Assembly: GCA_964035575.1 (NCBI GenBank)
Contig: OZ037837.1
Coordinates: 434,001-498,000, forward strand
Source of the DNA: Rhynchopus sp. YZ270_cl-10
Lineage: Eukaryota
Direction of reading: 5' to 3'
Length of the DNA: 64,000 nt
Shown: positions 48,202 to 60,313 of the stretch, one piece after another
How the letters are laid out: each line of letters begins with the position of its first letter
How positions within the stretch are numbered: position 1 is the first letter of the stretch
Position numbers and translations under genes: made by a program
The notes under the pieces: generated by a model
The model's input: only the letters and a program-made list of their open reading frames with translations
Told to the model about the DNA's origin: nothing
Database searches by the model: none

Positions 48202-49072
48202 TACGTGTTTTCTTCTTCTAAGGTGCTTGCTCTCCATACCTAGACCCTCGAATTTTTTTTCTTGACCCCATACATATGGGTGCATTTCGACGATTTGAGG
48301 CCATTCAAAGCAAAAGTTGGCACTTTTGAGCATCTGCGGGGGTCTAAAACACGGTTTTGCGTACACCACGCTGGATGATAGGGGTCACATGATAGGTCAC
48401 ATCATGTGGCCATATATCAAGTTACACCGCAAAAATCTACCAGACCCTGTCTTCGTGCACCTTTTTTCACCCACCCACACCCACACCTCCCCACCCATCC
48501 CTCACAGGATTACACCAAAATAATGAAAATTGGGTTTCAAGTACCCTGTTTCTCTCAGAAGTCAGTCACTGCTATTGCCGTTTAACCCAGGGAGCATAGC
48601 TAGTGCAAGAAATTCGACCTTTGGAGGAAAGTCTGTCCTCTGCTCGCGGAGGACGAGGCACGGTGGCAACACACCTTGGGAGAAAAGTCCCGGTGTGCGT
48701 GGATTGACTGATATATGAAGAAAAAAGAAGACAACATTATCATTGAAAGAATGGAGCAGGTGAGGGGGAAAAAGAAAGAGGGACACAGTTTCAATGAAGT
48801 ATTTTCATCAATGAAGAAAAAAAGTTTAAACTGCGGAAGACGCAAAACAAGCTCGCGAACAAAAAAAAGAGTTTTTTCTGGTAAGGGGGGAAAATAAAAC
48901 ATTACGAAAAAAACCTCCACTATCATTTTCGCAAGCTTCATTACCGTTTTTGGTTTTCTCCTCACAAGAAAAAGGTATGATTGTTTCTCTTTCTTTGTGA
49001 TTTTTTCTTTGTTGATTCTAAAAACGGGAGTGAGAATTTTTTTTTTTGAAAAATACTTTGTCTTTTTGTTTT

Positions 49073-49289
49073 ATTTTCCCTTCCTTCAAAACTTCACACA
49101 ACTAACACTAGGGAAAAGCTTTTTGAATAAAAAATGAACGAAGCACAAAAACCAGCGCGTGTGGAAGAAAAAAGAAAAGGGAAGATATTTTTTTCTGATT
49201 CAAAGTGGTGTTTATGTTTTGGGCACGGGGCGGAGAATAAAATCTGTTTCGATAAAAGAAACGCAAGCTTTTTGTTTTATCTTGTTCAC
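49073..49289. repeat. Dispersed repeat family A (internally deleted)
   Basis: Both ends of the 35422-35744 unit are present; the central hairpin is missing. Confidence 0.75.
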
Positions 49290-50281
49290 AAATAAAAAGT
49301 AGGGTACCTGCTTACAAAAGAAAAATTTTGTCGCAGGTCTAAAAGTTAATCGTCATCCCATACTTCTCAGGCGATGCTGGCAGCCGCACAGGGGAGGTTG
49401 TGAAAGAAGAGTCCTCTGTCTTAGCGATGTCCCATTTAATTTCGCTCTTGCGCGACCCTAACGGGTTCAGTGCTGAGAGAGGCGACGATACCCACATCGC
49501 CCCTAAGTCACCGTTCGATGGAAGGAAGTTCATCCCTGCCCCCAAATGCGCTGGTGAGGGAGGCCGCTGTGTCGGAAAAAGGGGGGGATTGAAAGTTTGT
49601 TTGTTTTTTTTGTTTTGTTTGATAAATTGTTGGAGTAGTGTAGTTGCCTCGGTTGTGTTGCCCACAGTTGTGCAATCTCCACTGTTTTTTTGTTGTGTCG
49701 ACAATCACCTGCTAGTGCAGGATCTGTACTCAATGTCGCCCGAAGGCTTTTTTTTTTTTTTTTTTTTTTTTTTGTTTTTGCTACTCTGTTTGTTTTTTGC
49801 ATTGTATTTCGCTGTCCAAAATTGATAAAAGACAAGACTCCTAGCGCAACATACCGCAATTGCCAGGCAAAAGGACTTTTGAATAACCTGCACTGTGTGG
49901 TCCTCGAAGAAGGATTCACCACGTTCCGAATCCTGTATTGATGTGGTATGTGTTGTGGGGATCACTTTGAGTAATACACAAAGCATGAAGCACGACATTA
50001 TCAAAAAAAGTTGACTTGAAATACAAAAGCCCGCTCGTGATCAGTGTACCTTTGGTACAATGACCGGCTGTACCGGGGGGTGAACACCCAACCATGCTCC
50101 TACATCCATTTCGTTCACATCTAATAAAATGTTTAGATGAACCGGCTCTTATATGCTTAGCCACTTCAATACAAATTAGATTCATATACTTTCAGTTTAC
50201 AGAACTGAAAGTATTTGAGAGGGTCAACACATGCACCAATCCAAAGTTATGTTACTATGACCAGACGCGGAGGCGACTCTT

Positions 50282-53200
50282 TTACTCTTTTAGAGGGTGC
50301 CAGGTTTGGAAAAATTGCCCAATGGTTCCTATAATATCCCTATAGACAATAGAATCTGACTTCAGGTGACGCTGTGAAGATGTGCTGTAAATCAAATAAA
50401 AAGGAATAACAAAGCTGAAGACGTCCACACATACCTCGTCGTACTCATCGAGATCTGTTAGGATAAGGCGTATGGCCTGCCGCCTTCTCGTCGCTGTGTC
50501 AACAAACCCGTTTGCATACTCAGGAAACTCATCAATAATATACTTGAACTTCAATGCAGGGAGAAAGTACAGCTCGCAGTAGCTTAACAGTCTGCAGTCC
50601 GCCGGCTGCGGCACTCCCAACAAACATGAGATCTCACCCCAATACCCACCTTCATGCACCGTCTCCACCGCCTCACTATCAATGCTAGTGAATGCGCATC
50701 CTTTGTAGAAAAAATAAATACCGGTTTCGATCGGGTTAAATGGATCACCGCGTTCCAGCAGAAGTTCTCCTGGGGATCCTACCCTTAGAACCAAAGAGGA
50801 AATGAGTCTTGTGAGAAATTGTGGGTTTCGTGCGTTGTGGAGGACATCAATTTTGTCGAAAGCTTTGAGGTTGGAGAAGAAGGTGAGTTCCGCGGCGAGT
50901 TCGGCTGGGAGCTCTTCTTTTAGGTTTTCAAATTGGCCTTCGTAGACCTGTTGTGTCTTTGACCACAGCATGCGGTGGTAGCGGAGAATGTCAGCTGTGG
51001 TCTTTTCATCAAGACGACGATGTTCTGCAACGGCCACAACAGCGTCCAGGCGTTGCAGGAAGACTTCGTTGTGTGTCATCTTCATCGTGCTTTGTAAATA
51101 CGCAATCACCGTCGCGAAAATCGCAATCCCCAGCACCACATTCACAATACACAATAAGTGCTGTTTGTCCGTCTCCGGCCACCCCTGTCCATACCCTGCA
51201 AACCCCCGCAAAGCCCAATGCAAATGAATTATTACCCTCTCAAACGTTCCGGTTCCGTCATAATCGACTTCAAAATACTTTGAAATGCAACTCGCGTACG
51301 TCTTCCCACGATAAGGGACTGACAAATCACAGTCGGTATCTCCCTTCGCTGTGCCCCACATGCACCCCATCCAGTACAATATGAATGCGAGCAACAGCAT
51401 GTTGTACACCAACTTCACCGCAACCGGGTGTACATCTGCTGCGTATGTCTCTTGTATCGCAATGACCTGAGAAGGAATACGCAGAACATTCATTAAACGG
51501 TTCACCCTGACCCATGGGTGCTGTGCGTATATACGGGGGTTGAAGGGCACCCAGAAGAGCTCCCAAGGAAGGCATGCTATGATGTCCGGGGCAAGCCAGG
51601 AAGAGACGTACATGGCAGCGATGTCGGTCATATTGGTCACTTTGATGCCTCGGTTGGTGGTGACTGGCTCGTAGAAGTTGAGGATGACGTCCCCGATGTG
51701 CGCGACGTCGCAAAGAGTACCCACAATTACAAAAATAATAACTGCTGTGGTGTAGTCGTCGTTTGGGTAGAATGCGCGAGCTGGGGTGATTGTGCATTCG
51801 AAAAAGATGGCGGCTAAGCGGAAGAGGTTCCAGGCTTCAGCGACACGGTGGCGCATGACGGAGAGGCCGCTGCTGTAAATATTGTCACTGTTCTTGTTGT
51901 GAAACCCTAGGTTGATACGGATCTGTTCTCGATCCCGCAAGGCCCGTGCCACGACCTGAGGGCGCATCTGTGAACTAACAGTTGATGCTAACGACGACGC
52001 CGGGGCCGCTATCGCCGTCACATTCAGTGCAGACTCGGTTTTCCTCCCGCTCATCAGCTTCGCAGAGTGCGACAAAGGATTTGGAATACTCATACTCAAC
52101 GCAGGGTTGTCTGGTGTCGCGATAAATGCCCCTCCCAACGGAAGCTGTGTAGTAACAAACTGTGCCCCGGCACGGTTCACTTGAAGTACCAAAGGGTCAT
52201 CTGAAGACCGCGCCCCGCTCTCCTCCTCAAGAAACGCAGCGCAGCAAGCATTGTAGAGGATCTGTGCCCAAGCGTCCGACTCATCCAGGTCGCTGTACTG
52301 CTGCAGCAGGTCTCTCGCAGACGCCCAGCAGCGGTCGGAAACGTAGCCCATTGCACGGAGGTACATCGGGTTCACATCGTCACTCAGGTGGACCAAGCCC
52401 TGTGAAGCTATCTTTGCAGGCAGCACGAAGACTGAGTCGTATGAGATAGGGCGCCATTGTGGTTTGGCTTCGGCCGCGATTCTTGTGGAAGCGCTGTCGC
52501 CGCTTCGTAGAGAACACATCGAAGAAGATATCCGTGTAGGCACGGAGCCTGCGGAAGAACTGACCGATTCTTTCTGGACACCACGGCGTGCACGCTTTGT
52601 TTCTCCGGTGGCAGAGCTGATGTCTGAGGTGTGCAATGCATTTGTTCGTTGTGCGGTCACCAGATCTGCGTCGGCAACTACACGAAGTTTGTGTAAATGC
52701 GCAACCACTGCAAGACACTCTGCACGTACACGAACAGTAGAATGCGCGAGCTCCTCTCCACGGTGCTCGACACATACCCCTTCGCCTTTGCAGAGTCCGA
52801 TGCCGAAGCTCCATTTGTCAAATACCTTGACCAGCGTCACAGCACACCCAAGGCAGTCCGAGAGAGACGCCCCGACGCACCACCGTGCAACAAAACGATC
52901 CGAATTAACCGATTCCACAACGCCATTTGCCCGCTCGACTGCCATCGTAAAGGAAGCAATGCCCTCTCGGAACTTCCGTGTCTCGACTTCATCAATGTGA
53001 AATACCAGGAAGACAAACACTTTGGTTGGCGATACCGACACTCTGGTGTGCCCTTTTGTAAATTTCTTCGCACGACGGAGCTCATCCTCTGACACCGGGA
53101 AGGTGTCCAACGCAAGACTGCAACGATACTCCGCAGAATCCCTTGGGGACACCCGAGCAATCCGCTGTTTCATACAGGTCAACGTCTTGGCGCTTTCGGC

Positions 53201-54283
53201 ACGATCCATACCCTCAAGAATCTCTGCCCCCGTTGCGATCTCTCCAGCCTGAAGGTGCAACCAAAGCACCGCAAGGTCCGCGTCAATCCCGCTGCCTTCT
53301 TCCACTGCATAAATCGGGATGCACTCCGTTTCGTTGGTACCGCCAAATTGGATGTAGTCCACCTGAAAGAATTGGTAGTCCGAAGCATGCTCGTCGAGCT
53401 TGTCGCAGGCAATGAGAAGGGTGACGTGAAAGGAGGTGCACGCATCGGCAAGCTTCTCCGCAACGTTCGCAGCGCCGCATGTTGTGACAGACCACGACTG
53501 CATGTCAGTTCCGATGCGACCTTTTAGGACAGTACCCCGTCGGACTCCTGCCGTCAGATTTAAAGAAAAGATCGATTTTGGTGTGTTTTGTACATCATCG
53601 TCCGACAAATTAAAAGACAGCGAAGGAACGCCCTGTGGACTGCTTTCCTCCTTAACCCGCACGCTGTAGTACGCAGCTCTGAGGGCCTCAGACACGCTGT
53701 TGCGGGAGGCAAATGAGATGAAGAGAACTGATCCGTTGCACATATCGATTCTGCCGTTGTTAACCTGCGCGAGTTGCGAGATCGCAGACAGTTTCGCACA
53801 AAACGCACGAGACAACCCACCCACATCAAAATCCTCCCGAACGACGTCGTGCGCAAACCCTTTTATCGCCACCACCGTTTCTATCGCACTGTAAAGCGAC
53901 CTAAATTTGCTGTCCGAAACACGCCGTTCCGATGCGCTCGACTGACGGGTGTGACGACGGGCGCCCCGCTCCCCAAGCGCCTGCGTCAATACATCCGCCT
54001 GCTGCGGTCGACACATATTTCCAGAATTTTCTGGATTTTTCCGAAACCTTACGCTTATATGATGTGTCAACACCGAACCTACAACAACCATCACAAAGGT
54101 CACAACCCCCATGGTCCATGAAGGGGATCCTGTTGACACCATAAAATAGCATCCCAGCCCTGTTAGTGATGTTGTCATGGCGGAGATGGCGGCAAGAAAC
54201 AGTGGTGTCGAGTCATCGTATACGACCTCTTCACTCTTGGGATCCACTTCTGTGGAAAAAAAAGAGACGTTTGGTTGAAGCAT
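50282..54283 (-). CDS. Two degenerate class III cyclase-like domains fused to a cyclic-nucleotide-gated/KCNH-like channel with CNBD
   Basis: Two N-terminal TMs; cyclase-like GRIDMCNGSVLFISF and GTVLKGRIG..GAANVAEKL; S4-like WVRVNRLMNVLRI; pore HWALRGFAGYG; C-linker LPAELAAEL; CNBD GGYWGEISCL..SYCELYFL. A probable 50-nt GT-AG intron at 50385-50434 would end the protein HIFTASPEVRFYCL* at 50340. Confidence 0.85.
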   Translation of the reverse strand: MLQPNVSFFSTEVDPKSEEVVYDDSTPLFLAAISAMTTSLTGLGCYFMVSTGSPSWTMGVVTFVMVVVGSVLTHHISVRFRKNPENSGNMCRPQQADVLTQALGERGARRHTRQSSASERRVSDSKFRSLYSAIETVVAIKGFAHDVVREDFDVGGLSRAFCAKLSAISQLAQVNNGRIDMCNGSVLFISFASRNSVSEALRAAYYSVRVKEESSPQGVPSLSFNLSDDDVQNTPKSIFSLNLTAGVRRGTVLKGRIGTDMQSWSVTTCGAANVAEKLADACTSFHVTLLIACDKLDEHASDYQFFQVDYIQFGGTNETECIPIYAVEEGSGIDADLAVLWLHLQAGEIATGAEILEGMDRAESAKTLTCMKQRIARVSPRDSAEYRCSLALDTFPVSEDELRRAKKFTKGHTRVSVSPTKVFVFLVFHIDEVETRKFREGIASFTMAVERANGVVESVNSDRFVARWCVGASLSDCLGCAVTLVKVFDKWSFGIGLCKGEGVCVEHRGEELAHSTVRVRAECLAVVAHLHKLRVVADADLVTAQRTNALHTSDISSATGETKRARRGVQKESVSSSAGSVPTRISSSMCSLRSGDSASTRIAAEAKPQWRPISYDSVFVLPAKIASQGLVHLSDDVNPMYLRAMGYVSDRCWASARDLLQQYSDLDESDAWAQILYNACCAAFLEEESGARSSDDPLVLQVNRAGAQFVTTQLPLGGAFIATPDNPALSMSIPNPLSHSAKLMSGRKTESALNVTAIAAPASSLASTVSSQMRPQVVARALRDREQIRINLGFHNKNSDNIYSSGLSVMRHRVAEAWNLFRLAAIFFECTITPARAFYPNDDYTTAVIIFVIVGTLCDVAHIGDVILNFYEPVTTNRGIKVTNMTDIAAMYVSSWLAPDIIACLPWELFWVPFNPRIYAQHPWVRVNRLMNVLRIPSQVIAIQETYAADVHPVAVKLVYNMLLLAFILYWMGCMWGTAKGDTDCDLSVPYRGKTYASCISKYFEVDYDGTGTFERVIIHLHWALRGFAGYGQGWPETDKQHLLCIVNVVLGIAIFATVIAYLQSTMKMTHNEVFLQRLDAVVAVAEHRRLDEKTTADILRYHRMLWSKTQQVYEGQFENLKEELPAELAAELTFFSNLKAFDKIDVLHNARNPQFLTRLISSLVLRVGSPGELLLERGDPFNPIETGIYFFYKGCAFTSIDSEAVETVHEGGYWGEISCLLGVPQPADCRLLSYCELYFLPALKFKYIIDEFPEYANGFVDTATRRRQAIRLILTDLDEYDEVCVDVFSFVIPFYLIYSTSSQRHLKSDSIVYRDIIGTIGQFFQTWHPLKE

Positions 54284-57200
54284 GGTGCTTGATTGCTCTT
54301 GTAAAAATCAAAGATAATGTCTGAAACTACGAGATGGATCTGGTCTTCTCGTCTTTTTGGATCTTTGCTTTTAAAATAATTTGGGGTGTAGTTGCCTCAG
54401 GTTGTGTTGCCACAGTTGGTGCAATCTCCACTTTTTTTTAAAATTATTTCAGCAAGCCACAGTTTGCATCAGCGAGAGAGAGTGTTCTGTCGTGGGGAAG
54501 GAGGGGGAGGGGGAGGGGGTGAAAGGAAGATGAATGTTAGGGGTATAATAAGAAACAAAAGGCAGGTTGAGCGTCAAGCTGAGAATGGTTTCCGCAACAT
54601 AGTGTGAAGAGTGGGGGGGAAGAAAAAAATGGGTTTTGTGTGTTGTGTGTGGCAGTCTGTGTTTTTAGTGAGGCGTTTACGTTTAATGAAAGAAGAGTTG
54701 ATTTTTTTTTTCCCCTGGAGTTTTGGTGGGAAAATGCCTAGCAGCAGTTGACTTGAAATACATTCACCAAAAAACAATTTGAAAGATGAATTTTCCTGTC
54801 AAGTGTTTTTGTGTGTTAGCGGAGAAGAAAACAGTTTCCAATAAAAGGCTCCTGCGTCGGTTTTCTTTTTCACAGTAATACGCCATGCTGCAAAAAAGGT
54901 GGAGGAACAAACGAAGGAAGGGGGTGTACTCTTTTGTTTTTCTTCTTTTTTTTTGTTTTTTTTTTGTGTGTCGACATTAGCCTCTTCTCGAACGAGAGAA
55001 TTGTTGAGAGCCTGGGGCAGCGCCGTCCAGCTTGCCCAAACTGCTAGTGCATCGGCACTACCTATTTAATTTTGAAAATTTTCTTGCTAGTGCCGGGCAC
55101 TACCACTTTTTCAGAATGTTTCAGAAAAGTTTACACTCAGTTACACTTGTCAGACACGCAATGTCTGACAAGTGTAAACCTTCTAAATTTTAATTTTTGG
55201 CACCTCACATAAGCTTCTGAGAGTGACCAGAACTGGCCTCATGCACAAAGTGACCCCGTCACAGCCAGAACGCGACTCAATTGGTCAAACGCCGAAGGAA
55301 AAGGAAGCATGCAGCATGGCGAAAGAAAAAAAGTAGCGTACCGTGCGCCTGCGGCGCAAGTTTGCAACCCACCTTCCTATGACATAGTATGGCTGTAAAA
55401 ATGTGCAATTTTAAGCGCAGTTTTTTGACATGTTGCGCACCGTGGCTTCGCCAGGAACCTTGATGCTATGACCACCGTTTCTTTTTGTACATGTACTGAT
55501 GTTACTGATAATTCGTGTGTCTGGTGCAAATATCAATGAAGTTGAACTCCGCAGTTGGAGACCCGAGGAATTCTCACATTCCGCCGGAGTCCCCGAACTT
55601 GAGCTGGGTCGGGCTCGACCGAGTTTTGACCGAGTAACCTAGGGTTTTTATTATTATCTTTTATTTGCAAAAAAGTGGTAGTGGCTAAGTGCATGGCACT
55701 AGCTTTTTTATTTTTTTGGAAATCTCGGGGACTGCGCTGAGTCTTATTGTGTTTGTCACATTTTTTCCTTCTTTTTTTTTTTGTGTAATTTCCTGACGTT
55801 AGTCGCGGAAAGGAGCTGGTGGAGACGGTGGTTCCTTTGTTTTGTTTTGTTGAATAATGATGTCACCATCATTGCGGCTAAAAACCCCCCTTTTTTGTAC
55901 TACAAAATATGTACAAAAGAAAACCACTTTATTTTTGGCGTGAGACACCGGAATAGCAGTTATGTTGTTGCTCTTTGCTTGCCTTTTATGTTTGGATTTG
56001 CAAATAAAAAGGATGATTTAAGTAACATAAAAAGTAAAGCATAAATAAAATAAAAAGGGTGTGGCTTGGGGGGGTCGCAAAAAGTGCGCAGAAGTGCCCG
56101 AAAAGTGCGAATCACCCATTCAGCCACACCAACAAAAACCAATTTCATAATATTTTACTTTCCATTCAAAGAAGAAATCACACAAAAGACCAGGGCTCTC
56201 AGGATCCTCCACGAAAAAAGCAGAATTTTCGAAATGAGGAGGATTCATTTTTGCAAAAAAACCCCCCAAAAAAAAATTTTTTTCCCCCGCAATAAGCGGT
56301 CGTCGCGCGCTTCGCGCGCGCCTCCCTGACAGCCACAGAGCGGAGAGGCGGGTCAATTTTGCGAGATAACAAAAAACGGAAATCTAATCCTTTCTCTTGC
56401 ACCGTACGCTCCATGAACCGTACAAAACCCATACGTCTTCCAGAAGCAGGGGCTGATGCAACGGCAGGTAATTTTTAAAAATGGCAAAAATTTTGCAGCT
56501 TTGGTCACGTTGCATTTTTTGGCTGCAAAATGCAAGGGTATCCAAAGACAATGCCAACTCTATTTTTTTGCGGAGCAAAAAAATTATATAAATGGCCCCG
56601 CAGGCAAAAAAAAATTGGGGTACGGTGTAAAAATGCTTCCTTTTACACCACAGAATCACTCAACGAACCCTTTTTTTGAGTAGCAAAAAATGAAAATGGC
56701 GCCGCAGGCAAATTTTTTTTAAGGTGCAGCCCTGGACGGTGCATACAGGCTCGGGAAAATATTGGCTCCCTCGGGGGAGACAAAGTGACCCCCCACTATA
56801 AAACCCCTAGGAGGATAATCCTCCACCCGAGCCCGCCAAAAAAAAAAAAAAATGGAGGAAATCCTCCACCAAAAAAGCCTGAAAAAAAAAAAAAAAAAGC
56901 CCCTGGAGGAAATATCCTCCCCTACGTGGAGGATATTGAGAGCACTGCAAAAGACGTTCAAAAAAACGACAAGAAAAATATGAGAGGAAGAAGAAATTTA
57001 CTCGCTTTTGACAAAGCCCTCTCACGAACAGTGCACCTTGTTACATGACCAATGCACCATGCATTCTTACATCCATTTAGATTTTTGACTTCTATAGGGT
57101 GTGCAGCACAGCGAAAATCAAGACTGCCGACGAGCGAATTCCCACGCGTTTTTGAGTTGAAAAACTCTGTTACAACCATCCTGCAAAAAAAAGGGGGCCG

Positions 57201-57797
57201 GAGGAAGTGCCACAATACGACTGACAAATATAAAAGCACAGATCGATATCCACTCGACCCATTCATTCCACGATGGAACACTTGAGAATACGAGGATGAG
57301 CAGAGAGGGAGAAAAAGAAGGGGAATATTTTGAAAGCATGTAAATACTTTTTTGGGGGGGAAGAGGTGATACATGAGAAGAATTAGGCTCAATAAAGTAA
57401 GAACCCAAAGACAACGGCGAGATGGTGGTGAGAAAATTCAACAATAATTATATGTGTGCGAGGGTCCTTGGGGAGCCTCAATACACGATTTGCTTCACAC
57501 GAATGCAGTGGGCTAGGGTGCGCCTGGGAAAAAAAAATGGCCTGGCTGGAAAATATATCTGTCTCGTCTCAATAACGTTATTTACCACGCAAATTAAAAC
57601 TACCTGTTCCAGTTTTTCATACAGTACAAGGGGCTACACCATATGTGGGGAAAATACGTTTTCTCCCCCAAAGGTGGTTAAGAATCCTTAAGGAAATCCA
57701 ATCCATGGCAAAGCCCTTGCATAGTGCAGTCTTGACCAAAAGGTGCAAAAAGTTGACCTTTTTCCTTTCGAATTGACTTCACGATTGCTCTGGGAAC

Positions 57798-59356
57798 CAG
57801 GCCTGACGCTAACTTTTCGATTTTTGGGAAATCGTGGGATGATGGTCGAATATGGGGGGGGGGGAGGCTAAAAAAAAATTTTTCCGCGCCTGTTTTTTGA
57901 CCTCACGCAACACTCCACACCATTGACAAAAACACACGATTTTTATTTTTTGAAAACTTGGTCAACCCCGCCGCCAGGATTTTGGGTTTGAAAAAGTTCT
58001 GTTGATGGTCCAAAAAATATTTTTCGCGCTTCGCGCGAAAACCCCTGCAAAGCTCCTTCTCGTGGCCTCCGGCGGAGAGACGCATGTTCCCCAAGCCCGG
58101 TCAGAGTTCCTCCGAATCAGCGACATTTGCTCTTTCCCTGTGCATTGTACTCTTCGGTGGCCAGTGCAGGTGGCCGTCCAGAATCCGCATTGGGTGTCAG
58201 CCTTCTTATCGGTAAAGCAGCGGTCATGGTACCCAAAGGTTCCTGGCGAAGCCACGGTACGCAACATTTCTAAAAAATGTTCCCATAAAATGGAACTGCG
58301 ATACATACTTGCGCCGCAGGCGCACGGTACGCAACTTTTTCCATCATGCCATCATGTCATCATGTCATCATGTCATCATGTCATCATGTCATCATGTCAT
58401 CATGTCATCATGTCATCATGTCATCATGTCATCATGTCATCATGTCATCATGTCATCATGTCATCATGTCATCATGTCATCATGTCATCATGTCATCATG
58501 CCATCATGCCATCATGCCATCATGCCATCATGCCATCATGCCATCATGCCATCATGCCATCATGCCATCATGCCATCATGCCATCATGCCATCATGCCAT
58601 CATGCCATCATGCCATCATGCCATCATGCCATCATGCCATCATGCCATCATGCCATCATGCCATCATGCCATCATGCCATCATGCCATCATGCCATCATG
58701 CCATCATGCCATCATGCCATCATGCCATCATGCCATCATGCCATCATGCCATCATGCCATCATGCCATCATGCCATCATGCCATCATGCCATCATGCCAT
58801 CATGCCATCATGCCATCATGCCATCATGCCATCATGCCATCATGCCATCATGCCATCATGCCATCATGCCATCATGCCATCATGCCATCATGCCATCATG
58901 CCATCATGCCATCATGCCATCATGCCATCATGCCATCATGCCATCATGCCATCATGCCATCATGCCATCATGCCATCATGCCATCATGCCATCATGCCAT
59001 CATGCCATCATGCCATCATGCCATCATGCCATCATGCCATCATGCCATCATGCCATCATGCCATCATGCCATCATGCCATCATGCCATCATGCCATCATG
59101 CCATCATGCCATCATGCCATCATGCACCCCCCGTGGCATGATGGTGGCATGATGAAGGGGAAAAATAAATCCCCCAAAAACGTGGGATGATGGCATGATG
59201 GTTAGCAAAAGGCCTGGCTAACAACGCAGAAACAATTTTTTTTTTGAAAAAAAAATGGGTGTTTTTGTGGTGGGTTGATGGTGGGATGATGGTTTATGGT
59301 CGGGGGGGGAAAGCCATTTTCCGTGGGTTGATGGATGATGGTTAGCGTCAGGCCTG
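57798..59356. mobile_element. TIR element, CAGGCCTGACGCTAAC ends, 9-bp TSD, containing a satellite
   Basis: Perfect 16-bp inverted ends at 57798-57813 and 59341-59356. TCTGGGAAC at 57789-57797 and 59357-59365. Confidence 0.9.
58341..59124. repeat. (YCATCATG)n satellite, ~98 units
   Basis: TCATCATG block at 58357-58500, then CCATCATG to 59124. Confidence 0.98.
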
Positions 59357-59711
59357 TCTGGGAACACATCAAAACACGGGGGGGGGGGGGGGCTTTTTCT
59401 GGTGTTGAGAAGAAGCAACACAGAAGTGTTCTGGTAAAGAGTCGAGGGAAGGGTGATGGGGAACAGAAAGCAGGGCGCGCGCTAACTTTTCGGAAATTTC
59501 CCGAAAAAATGGATATCGGGTCCAAAAAAATGTACCTACAGGAAGTATGTGAAGGGGGCGGGAAAATCAGGGTTATATTGCATTTCCGAGAAAATCCCGG
59601 GCTATGGTGGGGGATATACGGAAAAATGGACAAAATTTTGGTGATTTAAATTTTCACAAAATATGAACCCATACCCGTAAACAAGGGTCATTTTCAGGTC
59701 TTTCGGACACC

Positions 59712-60313
59712 CAGTACACAGTACACAGTACACAGTACACAGTACACAGTACACAGTACACAGTACACAGTACACAGTACACAGTACACAGTACACAGTA
59801 CACAGTACACAGTACACAGTACACAGTACACAGTACACAGTACACAGTACACAGTACACAGTACACAGTACACAGTACACAGTACACAGTACACAGTACA
59901 CAGTACACAGTACACAGTACACAGTACACAGTACACAGTACACAGTACACAGTACACAGTACACAGTACACAGTACACAGTACACAGTACACAGTACACA
60001 GTACACAGTACACAGTACACAGTACACAGTACACAGTACACAGTACACAGTACACAGTACACAGTACACAGTACACAGTACACAGTACACAGTACACAGT
60101 ACACAGTACACAGTACACAGTACACAGTACACAGTACACAGTACACAGTACACAGTACACAGTACACAGTACACAGTACACAGTACACAGTACACAGTAC
60201 ACAGTACACAGTACACAGTACACAGTACACAGTACACAGTACACAGTACACAGTACACAGTACACAGTACACAGTACACAGTACACAGTACACAGTACAC
60301 AGTACACAGTACA
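59712..60313. repeat. (CAGTACA)n satellite, ~86 units
   Basis: Read directly; preceded by the terminus-like CAGGGCGCGCGCTAAC at 59471. Confidence 0.98.

Noticed and set aside
55018..55739. CAGCGC(C/A)GTCC inverted ends around the shared cassette
   Set aside because: Short imperfect IR and the flanks show no TSD, so boundaries are unsupported.
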